Positions 29,599 to 40,274 are shown, numbered from the stretch's first letter. The stretch is 64,000 nt of DNA from Candidatus Poribacteria bacterium (GCA_965205025.1 CBDBFU010000015.1:256001-320000); one strand, 5' to 3'. The notes: generated by a model not told the origin, from the letters alone. Program-made: numbers and translations.

Positions 29599-30717
29599 TT
29601 AGGATTTAGTCCCATCTACAATGTCAACTGTATCGATCACATCTTGTACAGTTATTCTTGCCATACATCCTTCCGAACCCAATTGGCAGACATCCCCACG
29701 ACACGGTGGACAATCCTGTTTCTTCCAAATATAATGGCACTTATCACCGACAGGTCCAAACCGATTTGGATTTCCTGGCCCGAAAAGACCGATAGTTTGA
29801 ACACCAACTGCTGCAGCAAGATGCATTGGTCCACTATCATTTCCGATAAACAGTTTGGATAGTTGTAAAACCGATGCTAACTGAGGTATAGTAGTTAACC
29901 CCGCAATATTGTGTGATTCCCTATTCATAAGTTCTTGTATATTCTGGATAATTTCGATTTCCTCCTTTACACCGACAAATAGAATCAGCGCCCCTGTATT
30001 GTAGATTAACCAATCCCCCAATTCTGCGAAATTCTCAGGTTTCCATCTTTTAATAGCAATAGGTGATCCGGGGTGGATAGCAATAATTGGTAGTTTCGTA
30101 TTAATCTCATGTTCAGATAGAAAAGCAATTGACCAATCACTATTCTCTTTGGCGATAGTAAACGATGTATTCGTTAGGGGTGTTTGGATACCTGCTTTGG
30201 TAAGAACATCAAGATTTCGTGTTGTTTCATGTGTTCCACTAAATTTGTTAAATCCAATCTTGTTGGTAATTTGATAGTAAGCACGACAGAGTCGTTTCGG
30301 TGTGAGTCGAAATAGTGCGAACAAAATTGTACGCCAATCTCCTCGTAGGTCTATGAGCAGATCATATTTCTGTTGATGGAGAAATTTGTAGAGACGAATT
30401 GCATCTGATAATGAAGTAGGTTGTCCGGTTCTGGTAAATGCGGGTGAATTATACTCTAATACCTGTGTAACATTAGGATTGTTTTCAAGAATTACCTGAC
30501 TCCATTTTCCTGTGAGTGCATGTATATCGGAATCGGGATAGGTCTTCTTCAAATTTGAAAATACAGGAGTAGAGAGCAGTACATCGCCAATGTGATCAAG
30601 TTTTATGACGAGTATACGGTTGGGAATGAAGTCTTTCGGGATACGATTACGATAAAACAGGAATTGGACAGTTGCTGAAGCAATAAGGGTGAGTATTTCT
30701 AATATCTGCCTAAACAT
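29599..30717 (-). CDS. Glycosyltransferase family 9 (heptosyltransferase-like)
   Basis: IGDVLLSTP, HPGS..KRW, FIGNDSGPMHLAAA, LFGP. Confidence 0.92.
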   Translation of the reverse strand: MFRQILEILTLIASATVQFLFYRNRIPKDFIPNRILVIKLDHIGDVLLSTPVFSNLKKTYPDSDIHALTGKWSQVILENNPNVTQVLEYNSPAFTRTGQPTSLSDAIRLYKFLHQQKYDLLIDLRGDWRTILFALFRLTPKRLCRAYYQITNKIGFNKFSGTHETTRNLDVLTKAGIQTPLTNTSFTIAKENSDWSIAFLSEHEINTKLPIIAIHPGSPIAIKRWKPENFAELGDWLIYNTGALILFVGVKEEIEIIQNIQELMNRESHNIAGLTTIPQLASVLQLSKLFIGNDSGPMHLAAAVGVQTIGLFGPGNPNRFGPVGDKCHYIWKKQDCPPCRGDVCQLGSEGCMARITVQDVIDTVDIVDGTKS

Positions 30718-30840
30718 TTCTGGCAGTTTAACAGATTATGTGTGAACTGTCAAAATAATTTACTGTCCACTTTCTAAGGATCAGACTCATTTCCTCTAAC
30801 TCCTTTGAAAAATCGCTTATAGACATAAAGTTAAATAATA

Positions 30841-31272
30841 ATTAACGCATGTGATTCACGGAAAATTGATACACTTAAATTATAAACCTTTATAGAATAA
30901 GGGTTTGTAAAATTGCTCCGTGAAGGTTTCCGTGAAAGTACAATCATCTCAAGCCACCAAATATTAACACATTTTTCCGATTACATTATCCATACATGTA
31001 AAATAATTAGGCATTTTATTTCAATTTGAAAGTATAAGTAGCGTTTGTGGAATCCAGAGTTTAGAGAAAAGGATTATCAGATAGAAAACGGGGGATTGAA
31101 GTGAATGTAAACATTGTAACCCAAAGATGTAATCAAACATCTTTGAGATAGTAGGAACAGGTATCACTACAGTACTGAAGTAGCATTGTTTGTCAATATA
31201 TTTCTTGAGATTAATATTGATATACAGATACAATAGCAGCGTAATGATTAGTGTCAAAACTTTACACACCCC
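30841..31272 (-). repeat. Dispersed non-coding element, copy 2
   Basis: 30841-30995 is the reverse complement of 6346-6499; GGGGTGTGTAAAGTT at 31258-31272. Confidence 0.75.
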
Positions 31273-31317
31273 AAGGCAAAAGTCGTCAATTTCACAGAAA
31301 AGTGTTAAGATATCCAT
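31273..31317 (-). pseudogene. IS982-family transposase N-terminal remnant
   Basis: MDILTLFCEIDDFC resembles the IS982 N-terminal LFC-xDDFC motif; similarity ends at the GGGGTGTGTAAAG motif. Confidence 0.5.
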
Positions 31318-31461
31318 ATCCATTCTACATCCGTTGACATACGTCAATTAAATATGCTATCATTCTCATAAAGGTAGTTAGATGAATCCGAATTGCATCT
31401 AACCATGTTATATCGTCCAACATTGAGAGAATACATTTGAAACGTTTCAAGGATATAACCA

Positions 31462-31863
31462 GTGAGTCCGATAGCACAAAAGACTCTTTTTGATCTAACC
31501 CAAGATGGATTGGTCATAGGGAATAAACTTAAACCTTTATATCCTGATTTTGATGTTTCTGCTTTTGTCTCCGATGTACGTAAAGAGATGCAGAATCAGA
31601 CAATCTACAACGTAACAAATGCCATTGGCAAGGTCTTACGTCAACACCTACCTCAGAATTATCCAGAAGCACTCTCCATTCTTATGGAGTATATAAATAT
31701 AGAATCCCCCTCAACTCCCTGTAAAAACCTATCACCCGAAGTAGAACTAAGTTTACGACCTATTTCTCATTTCCTAAGTTTATACGGTCTTGAAGATTTT
31801 AAAGCATCTTTGCATGCATTCGGTTTGATGTTGTTGCTCCAAATAAATAGATCAATAGTGTAG
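31462..31863 (+). pseudogene. Truncated DNA alkylation repair (AlkC-like) protein
   Basis: YPDFD..AFV, LRQHLPQNYPEALSIL, FLSLYGLEDF..SL; C-terminal half absent. Confidence 0.55.
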
Positions 31864-31907
31864 AATCAATCTAATCCTCAAATAACACTTTATAGGAAAT
31901 AACAGAT

Positions 31908-32636
31908 ATGACAGGTGAAGAAAAGTTTCAAGTGGATCTTGAAGGTTATCTCATTATAAAGAACGTTCTAAATGATGATGAAATTCAAGAGATGAATGCA
32001 TTTATCGACAAAGGTGAAACAAATGGACCACCCAGTCTATGGGGTGATCCGTTTAAACGACTAATTGACCACCCGATAATTCTCCCTTACCTGATAGAAT
32101 TATTGGGACCACATGTCCGTCTTGACCACGATTATTCTCTTTTTATGAACGAAGGTGAAAAACGGGGTAGATTACATGGTGGTGAAGATGGGGGACGTGC
32201 AGGTGGGACCGTCGGGGATCATTGGTATAAATATAGGGATGGTGTTATGCGAAACGGTCTGTGTGTGATGACCTACAATCTAACAGACGCACCAGAAGGA
32301 GCAGGTGGATTTGCATGTATACCAGCAAGTCATAAGAGTAATTTCGCACCGGAGATCCCTGCTGACGTACGTCAATTTGAACGTCCAGCACATTACGTCG
32401 TCCAACCACCACTCAAAGCAGGTGATGTACTATTTTTTACCGAAGCACTGATTCACGGAACTATGCCGTGGAAAGCAAAACATCAAAGACGTGCATTACT
32501 CTATAAATATAGTCCTGGACATTCAGCATGGTCTGGGAATTATTATGACATCAGTAAATATGACAGTCTCACAGAACAACAGAAACGGTTGATGATGGCA
32601 CCATCAATTGGTAGAAGACCGAGTGTTTTAGAATAA
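31908..32636 (+). CDS. PhyH-family Fe(II)/2OG dioxygenase, LHGG subtype
   Basis: DLEGYLIIKNVL, LIDHP, LHGG, GGFACIPASHK, GDVLFFTEALIHGT, RRALLYKYSP. Confidence 0.88.
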   Translation: MTGEEKFQVDLEGYLIIKNVLNDDEIQEMNAFIDKGETNGPPSLWGDPFKRLIDHPIILPYLIELLGPHVRLDHDYSLFMNEGEKRGRLHGGEDGGRAGGTVGDHWYKYRDGVMRNGLCVMTYNLTDAPEGAGGFACIPASHKSNFAPEIPADVRQFERPAHYVVQPPLKAGDVLFFTEALIHGTMPWKAKHQRRALLYKYSPGHSAWSGNYYDISKYDSLTEQQKRLMMAPSIGRRPSVLE

Positions 32637-32638
32637 CC

Positions 32639-32780
32639 AAGACTTACGCACATCCGAGGTAGGAGCGGTTTCTAACCGCTCTGGATGTGCGTACCAAACT
32701 TGCGTAAATCCTTCGCACATCCGAGGTAGGAGCGGTTTCTAACCGCTCTGGATGCGCATACAAAACTTATGTAAATCCTT
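32639..32780. repeat. Tandemly duplicated MITE/REP unit (GACTTACGCA...TGCGTAAATCC shell with GTAGGAGCGGTTTCTAACCGCTC hairpin)
   Basis: Two approximately 70-bp copies; ends resemble the 10882-11036 TIR. Confidence 0.8.
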
Positions 32781-32812
32781 ATAACTATTATTAGAAAAAG
32801 GAATGAATTCTC

Positions 32813-33547
32813 ATGACAGGTGAAGAAAAATTTCAGGTTGACCTTGAGGGTTATCTTATAATTAAGAATGTATTGACATCCGATGAATTAGACGAGATGA
32901 ACGCATTCATTGATAAAGGGGGTATGCAGGGACCGCCAAGTCTCTGGGGTGAACCGTTTAAAAGATTGATAGATCATCCAACAATATTACCTTATCTAAT
33001 AGATCTTTTAGGACCGAATGTTCGACTTGATCACGATTACCCAATTTTTCTGAACGATGGTGAAGGTCGCGGTGGACTACACGGTGGTGAAGACGGTGGA
33101 AGACCAGGTGGACCTGAAGGTGATCATTGGTATAAATATCGTGATGGTATCATGCGGAATGGTCTATGTGTCATGACATATAATTTAGCCGATGCGCCCG
33201 AAGGAGCAGGTGGATTTGCATGTATTCCTGGCAGTCATAAAAGTCATTTCTTGCGTGAAATACCTTCAGAAGTACGGAGTTTTGACCGGCCAACACACTA
33301 TGTAATTCAACCTGCTCTTGAAGCGGGAGATGTTCTATTCTTCACTGAAGCACTTATTCATGGCACCATGCAGTGGAAAGCGAAACACCAACGACGGGCA
33401 CTATTGTATAAATACAGTCCTGGACATTCAGCTTGGTCAGGTAATTATTATGATATCAGCAAATACGGAGAATTGACCGAGCAACAGCAACGGATGCTCT
33501 TGCCGCCATCTATCGGTGGCAGACCCCGTGTCGTAGAGAACAATTAA
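32813..33547 (+). CDS. PhyH-family Fe(II)/2OG dioxygenase, LHGG subtype (tandem paralog)
   Basis: Highly similar to 31908-32636 at protein level with many synonymous changes. Confidence 0.88.
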   Translation: MTGEEKFQVDLEGYLIIKNVLTSDELDEMNAFIDKGGMQGPPSLWGEPFKRLIDHPTILPYLIDLLGPNVRLDHDYPIFLNDGEGRGGLHGGEDGGRPGGPEGDHWYKYRDGIMRNGLCVMTYNLADAPEGAGGFACIPGSHKSHFLREIPSEVRSFDRPTHYVIQPALEAGDVLFFTEALIHGTMQWKAKHQRRALLYKYSPGHSAWSGNYYDISKYGELTEQQQRMLLPPSIGGRPRVVENN

Positions 33548-33737
33548 GTTCATTGTATGAGGGATTCCGATCCCCGATATCCACATATAATGTTTTGATC
33601 AACGAATTGTCTCATACTTTGTTGTAAAGTAAGAATTTTAGATATCAAGACTCCATTCTCCTACATTATGGGATTGTTAAATCTACGATTGTTTTATGGT
33701 TATAAGAATGTTTTTATAGTCTAACCAAGGATTTTAT

Positions 33738-34904
33738 ATGTCCAAGATAGAATTAACTGGAAAAGAGAGTGATTTTTTAAAGATAGTTGTTGCTGCAGCA
33801 GGACGCGGTGATATTGAAGGAGTCAGCCAATTATTGGTTGATAAACCTGAATGGATACACACCATCGGTTCACACGGTAGAACAATGCTTTGGGAAGCAG
33901 CCTATCGTGGAAAGTTGGAGATGGTAGAATTTCTGTTGTCCCACGGGGCAGACATTAATTTGCCAGGATGTCATCTAAGCCAACATGATATTGAGATAAC
34001 ACCATACTGTGTAGCACGGTATGAAGGCCGAGATGCTGTTGCGGATTACCTATTGGAAATGGGGGCTAATGTTGACATACAAACAGCAGCCTATTTGGGA
34101 GATTTTGACACTGTGAAAACACTAATTGAGGATGATCCCGATATCGTTAATAGCGGATACCTACAATCAGTCTGGTTGCCATCGGGTAATCCTCATTCTG
34201 TTGAACATCGTTATGCAGAATGGGCAACACCATTGTGTTATGCCATCATAGGTGGGAATATAGAGATAGTGAAATTGCTGATTTCCAAAGGGGCAAAAAT
34301 TGAATCCCAAAGTGAACTTCTGCTTGATCAGGCAGTCTCAGATGATCGTGTTGATATTGTAAAATTGTTAGTTGAAAATGGAGCAGCTCCAAGTAAAGCC
34401 CCAAAGAAAGTCGAAGATAATTCTGAAATGAGTCAGCTACTAAAGTCATACGGGAATCCCGCAGCAGACATCAATGCCTTAGATAATATGGGGTGGCCAC
34501 GGATCGTATATGTCTGCCGCGGAGATAAGGGGGAACATCCAGAGGAGGTTATAAGGCTTTTAGGACTTGGGGCTGATATTGACGCACGAAGTAGTAAAGG
34601 AAAATCTGCATTACACTGTGCGGCAAAGGCAGGTTTTCTCAAAGTCATTGATCTACTTATTGAGAAAGGCGCAAACATAGATGCCACTGACAATAAAGGA
34701 GAAACTCCATTATTTGAAGCAATTCGTTCAACTATAAAAAAGCGAGAAAAACTATACGGTGCAATGGAATCGTTACTTGAGAAAGGGGCAGACCCGAATA
34801 TAAAAAATAATAGAGGTATGTCCCCATTACAGGTTGCACGACAGAAGAGAAGAGAAGATTCTGATAAAATTGTTTCTCTATTAGAAAAGCATGGTGCGGT
34901 TTAA
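33738..34904 (+). CDS. Ankyrin repeat protein
   Basis: GRTMLWEAA..G, TPLCYA, GKSALHCAAKAG, GETPLFEA, GADPN. Confidence 0.92.
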   Translation: MSKIELTGKESDFLKIVVAAAGRGDIEGVSQLLVDKPEWIHTIGSHGRTMLWEAAYRGKLEMVEFLLSHGADINLPGCHLSQHDIEITPYCVARYEGRDAVADYLLEMGANVDIQTAAYLGDFDTVKTLIEDDPDIVNSGYLQSVWLPSGNPHSVEHRYAEWATPLCYAIIGGNIEIVKLLISKGAKIESQSELLLDQAVSDDRVDIVKLLVENGAAPSKAPKKVEDNSEMSQLLKSYGNPAADINALDNMGWPRIVYVCRGDKGEHPEEVIRLLGLGADIDARSSKGKSALHCAAKAGFLKVIDLLIEKGANIDATDNKGETPLFEAIRSTIKKREKLYGAMESLLEKGADPNIKNNRGMSPLQVARQKRREDSDKIVSLLEKHGAV

Positions 34905-34956
34905 TGTACTCTACTACTCCGAAATAGAATTGTCCATTCGCCTATAACATTAAAAC

Positions 34957-35688
34957 ATGACTACTCCACATTCCCGTATAAAACTCATTCATGATTTCAC
35001 AAAACTCGGATTAGATAATGCAGATATTGTATTCATACACTCCTCTTTTAAGAGTTTAGGAGAAGTAGAAGGTGGTGCAGGGACAGTTATTTCTGCATTA
35101 GAGCATGTTCTGGAACAGGATGGTCTGATATTAATGCCATCTTTCAATTTACTACCAGATCATCAGAAACGTACCAGTTCATGGAATATTGAAAACACAC
35201 CCTCTACTGTTGGATGGTTAACGGAGTATTTCCGATTAATGCCGAAAACATTCCGGTCCGATCACTATTCACACTCTGTAGCTGCTCGTGGACACAATGC
35301 CAAAGAATTTGTTGCCGACCATCTTTCCAAAGAAGGATATAAGTCACCTTGGGATCATCCACCGTGGGGTAAGACATACGGTACAAATTCTCCAATGTTT
35401 CGGGCATATAAGTCAAATGGAAAGCTGCTGATGCTTGGCGTAGATTACAATACCTCTACCTATATCCATCTTGTTGAGGTTATTTACTGGAATAAACGTC
35501 TTGAACAAAACGGAGAAGCAAATTTCATTGGACTCAACCGTCCAAAACTCGGGGAATTTTGGGATTCATTGGGTGAATTAAATCGAGATTTTGTTGGTAA
35601 TTCAGAGTGCCGTCTCTTCAGCATTAAATCTTATGTAGATACCCTTTTAAAAGAAGTAGAAGAGAATCCAAATCCCTATACTTCATAA
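34957..35688 (+). CDS. AAC(3) family N-acetyltransferase
   Basis: IHSSFKSLG.VEGGA, LILMPSF, TPS-VG-LTEYFR, RSDH..HSVAA.G, LMLGV...TY.H. Confidence 0.9.
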   Translation: MTTPHSRIKLIHDFTKLGLDNADIVFIHSSFKSLGEVEGGAGTVISALEHVLEQDGLILMPSFNLLPDHQKRTSSWNIENTPSTVGWLTEYFRLMPKTFRSDHYSHSVAARGHNAKEFVADHLSKEGYKSPWDHPPWGKTYGTNSPMFRAYKSNGKLLMLGVDYNTSTYIHLVEVIYWNKRLEQNGEANFIGLNRPKLGEFWDSLGELNRDFVGNSECRLFSIKSYVDTLLKEVEENPNPYTS

Positions 35689-35705
35689 CCGAAAGATTAC
35701 TGAAG

Positions 35706-36323
35706 TTGTTTAATTTATCGAATTTAGAAATGACAGATAAAGATCTCATTACCCATTCAAATCAATTGCATCAAGAAGCGAGTTCGATATTAAATAAGGA
35801 AGGTTTACTTCCTCTACTTTGCAGTTATGGAACGACTCGTGTTATAGGAAGTTATGCACTCAATACTATGACATGGCCTGATATTGACATAAGTATGGAA
35901 CTACCTAACGCACAAGATATTGATTTATTCTTTGAGATTGGGAAGACAATAGCTTCCAAATTTCAAATCCTGAAGATGTCATATTCAAACCACTTCATAC
36001 GAAACTTTCCCGGTTTCGACCACGGACTCTATTGGGGGATACAACTCCTACACGCAGACAAACAATGGAAAGTCGACTTATGGGGTTATGACAAACAATC
36101 CTATAAAACCCACATGTCAGACTTTGATGAATTACAAAACAAACTGCTTCAAATAGATAGAACTATAATACTCCGAATTAAACACCCCATATCACATCGT
36201 CCTGATTACCGTGGGGATGTTTACAATAGCATGACAATCTATAACGCAATATTGAAAGATAAGGTTAAATCCTTAGAGGAATTTGAAACATGGATGGAAA
36301 GGAATTCTAATGTTAAGACCTGA
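35706..36323 (+). CDS. Nucleotidyltransferase-fold hypothetical protein
   Basis: IGSYAL.TM.WPDIDI (GS...DxD) and W.VDLW. Confidence 0.65.
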   Translation: MFNLSNLEMTDKDLITHSNQLHQEASSILNKEGLLPLLCSYGTTRVIGSYALNTMTWPDIDISMELPNAQDIDLFFEIGKTIASKFQILKMSYSNHFIRNFPGFDHGLYWGIQLLHADKQWKVDLWGYDKQSYKTHMSDFDELQNKLLQIDRTIILRIKHPISHRPDYRGDVYNSMTIYNAILKDKVKSLEEFETWMERNSNVKT

Positions 36324-37107
36324 AGAAAAATGGCACTTCGATCATCACGGGTTTATTATACTAAGACAAGTTGTTTCACCTGAAGATGTTAAGTTGATGA
36401 TAGATTATGGGAACCTTTGGCATAGTATGGCTCTTGAGGAATTACCTCCTCCACTAACCTCTACATCAAAACGTAGTCCGTACTCAGAAACGATTGCACA
36501 TTGGATAAATCACATTCACTACGGAGATGAAGTTTTCCAACGTTTAGTCCTTAATACAGAGATAATGAGGGTTATAATTTCACTAACACGTGGAGCACCC
36601 TGTCTCGTTGATACTGCTCTAACAAAGAACTACAAAACCTCAGACGATATTCACTTTCATGCATCAGGACAGGATTACGGTGTAGAAAACGACGAACCCC
36701 ATGCAGGTTTTCTGAATGCAGGCATCTCATTAGTTGATGTCCCTGAAGGAACTGGGTTTGTATGTCTTCCTGGGAGTCATAAACGAAATTTTGATCCACC
36801 AAAATACATATCAATATACGATGGTCCTCCAACGGTGATTAATGTTCCTGTAAATGCTGGGGATTGTGTAGTATTTACTGAAGCACTCTACCATGGTGCC
36901 AGACGTTGGACAGAAGAATACCCACGTTTTACCATTTTTAATCGTTATATTGACAATGGTTCACACGGTGCTTTACCAATTGAAGACTATAAACACTTGG
37001 TGTCTGACGAAGTTTATGAATTGGAACAACCTGCTGTTCAAGGTGAACAAAAACGAGCAGTTAAAAGAATCATAGATGAAATAAACGAAAATCAACACAG
37101 ACTATGA
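36310..37107 (+). CDS. PhyH-family dioxygenase (non-canonical FHAS)
   Basis: FDHHGFIILRQV, GFVCLPGSHK, AGDCVVFTEALYHG; start at ATG 36310 after a GGAAAGGA RBS. Confidence 0.85.
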   Translation: MLRPEEKWHFDHHGFIILRQVVSPEDVKLMIDYGNLWHSMALEELPPPLTSTSKRSPYSETIAHWINHIHYGDEVFQRLVLNTEIMRVIISLTRGAPCLVDTALTKNYKTSDDIHFHASGQDYGVENDEPHAGFLNAGISLVDVPEGTGFVCLPGSHKRNFDPPKYISIYDGPPTVINVPVNAGDCVVFTEALYHGARRWTEEYPRFTIFNRYIDNGSHGALPIEDYKHLVSDEVYELEQPAVQGEQKRAVKRIIDEINENQHRL

Positions 37108-37171
37108 ATCCTTACTATACCTTACCTCAAACGAACTTATTCGGACACCGATAACAAAAACTTTACACACC

Positions 37172-37215
37172 CAACTCTATAAAAACTTGACAATTTATAG
37201 AGTTGTCTTTAAAAT
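37172..37215 (+). promoter_or_regulatory. Sigma-70 promoter of ggt with a 12-bp inverted repeat enclosing the -35 box
   Basis: TTGACA (37187-37192), 17 bp, TAAAAT (37210-37215); CAACTCTATAAA/TTTATAGAGTTG. Confidence 0.6.
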
Positions 37216-37248
37216 GCGACATATTATCTATCATCATAAGGAAAACTT

Positions 37249-38850
37249 GTGAAATTACATAAAAGAGAGTATGGAACAGTTGTTGGTCCACACCCAAGAA
37301 CCGCACATGCAGGTATGGAAATGCTTCTCGCAGGTGGCAATGCTGTGGATGCCGCAGTTGCTGCTGCCTTTGCAGAAGGTGTCGTAGAACCCTCACACAA
37401 CGGTATCGCAGGCTACGGCGGTTGCGTCCTAATATATCGAAAAAAAACTAAGGATGTAGTCGCAATCGACTATAATTCTGCCGCTCCCGCTGCTGCTTCG
37501 GAGGATATGTTCACTATCGAAGATGCACCAGATACTGCTGCTGGATACCGTGTACCCGGACGTGTCAACGTACACGGACCGCTTGCTATCGGTGTTCCAG
37601 GTATTGTCGCAGGTTTGTGCTTAACTCTAAAGGAGTATGGTAGTCTTCCACTTAATGACACATTAAAACCAGCAATTAATTCTGCACGTTACGGATACGC
37701 CCCAAATGGAGCAAACCGTGGAGGCATCGCTGGGAATGCTGAAAGATGGAAGAAAGAATTTCCTGAAACTGCACGTGTTTTTCTGAAAAATGGTGAACCA
37801 CCAAAAAAGGGTGAAGTGCTAACAAATCCTGATCTGGCACGAACGTTAGATGCTGTTGCGGAAGGTGGACATGAAGCCTTCTATGAAGGGAAAATCGCTC
37901 AGAAAATTGCAGATCACATACAGGAATTAGGGGGTTGTATAACTTATGATGATATGAAGAATTATCGGGCATTTATCACCGATCCTTATGAGATAAACTA
38001 CCGTGGTTATGCTGTATATACATCTCCTCTTGGAGCAGGTGGATTAACAACCCTTCAAATGCTACGATTAGTCGAACCTTATGATATTGCCGAGATGTCA
38101 CCCGCAGAACGTTTCCATCTATTTGCTGAAGCAATGAAGATATGTTGGTTTGAAAGACTCAGTCGTTTCGGAGATCCAGAATTTGTAGACATTGATATTG
38201 ATAAAGAACTATCAGATTCTTTCACTGCAACCCTCGCGGAAAAATTAAAATCTGGACTTGAATCTCCACAGCCGGGTGAAGTCGTCTATCAAGAACCGAT
38301 GAGTTGTACGAGTCACATCTCTACAGCCGATGTTGAAGGAAACATGGTGTCTCTAACACAGACACACGGTGGTGGATTTGGTTCAATGGTAACTGTTCCC
38401 GGTACAGGATTACTCTTTGGACACGGTGTAGGTCGATTCGATCCCAGACCAGGACTTGCAAACTCTGTCGGACCGAGAAAACGTCCATTACATAATATGG
38501 GACCGTGTATGGCTACCATTGATGGAAAACCCTTTGCAACATACGGGATTCCTGGTGGTCGCACAATACCGAACAATCAACTAAATATCAGTGTTGGTCT
38601 GATAGATCTACAATTGTCTGCACAAGAATCTCTGGATGCAGCAAGGTTTTTCAGTGATGGTGCTGAACCAATTCAGATTGAGTCAAGGGCAGGGGATGAC
38701 GTCATTGAAAAAGTAAGAGAATTCGGACATGAAGTCTCACCAAGTGGTGGAATTGGTGGTCCTGGACACGTAATTCGAGTATCTGAGGATGGAAAACACC
38801 ACGATGGTGGCACAGACACTCGGGGTGAAGGTAAGGTAGTCAGCAAATAA
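37249..38850 (+). CDS. ggt: Gamma-glutamyltransferase family protein
   Basis: GGNAVDAAVAAAF, GVPG, NPDLARTL, CTSHIS-AD-EGN-VSLT, GPRKRP. Confidence 0.92.
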   Translation: MKLHKREYGTVVGPHPRTAHAGMEMLLAGGNAVDAAVAAAFAEGVVEPSHNGIAGYGGCVLIYRKKTKDVVAIDYNSAAPAAASEDMFTIEDAPDTAAGYRVPGRVNVHGPLAIGVPGIVAGLCLTLKEYGSLPLNDTLKPAINSARYGYAPNGANRGGIAGNAERWKKEFPETARVFLKNGEPPKKGEVLTNPDLARTLDAVAEGGHEAFYEGKIAQKIADHIQELGGCITYDDMKNYRAFITDPYEINYRGYAVYTSPLGAGGLTTLQMLRLVEPYDIAEMSPAERFHLFAEAMKICWFERLSRFGDPEFVDIDIDKELSDSFTATLAEKLKSGLESPQPGEVVYQEPMSCTSHISTADVEGNMVSLTQTHGGGFGSMVTVPGTGLLFGHGVGRFDPRPGLANSVGPRKRPLHNMGPCMATIDGKPFATYGIPGGRTIPNNQLNISVGLIDLQLSAQESLDAARFFSDGAEPIQIESRAGDDVIEKVREFGHEVSPSGGIGGPGHVIRVSEDGKHHDGGTDTRGEGKVVSK

Positions 38851-38935
38851 CATTTAGATTCAATGTGTATATTTGTGATATAAACAATAGCAAGAATAAT
38901 CCATTTTTCAATAGTTATGGAGTTATAATTCAAAT

Positions 38936-39271
38936 ATGGCAGAATATTTTAAAGCCGCGACAACCGATCAAATCCAACCTGGAACTTGTATCGGTGTTAA
39001 AGTCGAGGGTGTTTTTATCGGTATCTACAATGTAGAGGGTGAGTATTATGCTATGAATAATATTTGTCCACATCTCGGTGGCGTTTTAACCTACGGTTTC
39101 TTGGATAAGAATTGTGTTACCTGTCCAATGCACATGTGGGAATTCGATGTAAAAACTGGTGAATGTGTATGGCCCGGTGAAGAGAGTATACCTACCTATG
39201 CAGTTAAAGTTGAAGGTGAGGATATTCTTGTAAATGTTGACGAACCACTTAATAAGGGTGAAACACAATAA
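38936..39271 (+). CDS. Rieske [2Fe-2S] ferredoxin
   Basis: CPHLG...CPMHMWEFD. Confidence 0.92.
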   Translation: MAEYFKAATTDQIQPGTCIGVKVEGVFIGIYNVEGEYYAMNNICPHLGGVLTYGFLDKNCVTCPMHMWEFDVKTGECVWPGEESIPTYAVKVEGEDILVNVDEPLNKGETQ

Positions 39272-39320
39272 GAAAAAATAGACGTTATACGTAATATATC
39301 TATTGAAAGGAAAAATTTAT

Positions 39321-40268
39321 ATGTCATATCTACTCACCGGTGGCATGGGATGTATTGGAACTTATGTCATTCGAGATCTATTGGCTGCCGGTGAAAAGGT
39401 CATCGTTTACGATTTTGCTTACGATCTCACTATTCCAAAGATGGTGTTGTCTGATGAACAAATTGAGAGTATTACATTTGTTCAAGGAGATATCACCGAC
39501 CTACCTCATATCCTACGCACAATTCAAGAATATGAAATTGACCGCGTTATTCATCTTGCATCTTGGCAGGTGCCAGCCTGCAACGCGAACCCTCCACAAG
39601 CGATAAAAGTTGTATGTGAAGGCACTATAAATATACTGGAAGCTGCACGGATATTTGACATAAAACGGGTTGTCTGGGCAAGTAGTGTGGCAGTGTTCGG
39701 TTCACCTGAAGATTACAATCACCAGCAAATACGCAACGATGCACCCCATTATCCAAAGTTCATATATGGTGCGTGTAAATCCTTATGTGAAAGATATGCT
39801 ATGCACTATTTTGATGAATATGGAGTGGATTCTATAGGTCTACGGTTTACTGCAGTGTATGGTGTCGGTAGAACACGGGGTATGAGTTCATTTACAACGA
39901 AGATGATCGAGGATGTTGCGTTAGGGAAGCCACATGTATGTCCTTTCGGTGATGACTCCGTAGATTGGCAGTTTGTAGAAGATGTATCCCGTTCAATTGT
40001 CATGTCGTGTACCTGTCCCACAACGAAGACCCGTGTATTTAATGTAAAGGGAGGGATTCGACCTGTAAAAGAAGGTGTAGCGTATCTGAAATCTTTAGTT
40101 CCGGATGCGGAAATCACAGTTGAACCGGGTGTGTTTGGAATTTCATGGGATTATGACGCTACACCTATCAAAGAAGAGATGGGATTCACACCAGAATATA
40201 CTATGGAGCAAGGCATCTTAAAAACATACAACAAGTTTCGTGAACGCGCTGGGTTACAAACAATATAA
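39321..40268 (+). CDS. NAD-dependent epimerase/dehydratase
   Basis: TGGMGCIG, HLAS, ASS.AVFG, YGACK. Confidence 0.9.
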   Translation: MSYLLTGGMGCIGTYVIRDLLAAGEKVIVYDFAYDLTIPKMVLSDEQIESITFVQGDITDLPHILRTIQEYEIDRVIHLASWQVPACNANPPQAIKVVCEGTINILEAARIFDIKRVVWASSVAVFGSPEDYNHQQIRNDAPHYPKFIYGACKSLCERYAMHYFDEYGVDSIGLRFTAVYGVGRTRGMSSFTTKMIEDVALGKPHVCPFGDDSVDWQFVEDVSRSIVMSCTCPTTKTRVFNVKGGIRPVKEGVAYLKSLVPDAEITVEPGVFGISWDYDATPIKEEMGFTPEYTMEQGILKTYNKFRERAGLQTI

Positions 40269-40274
40269 TATGCT

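Noticed and set aside
32639-32780. Possible mini-CRISPR
   Set aside because: Two whole-unit copies with no unique spacer; MITE/REP structure
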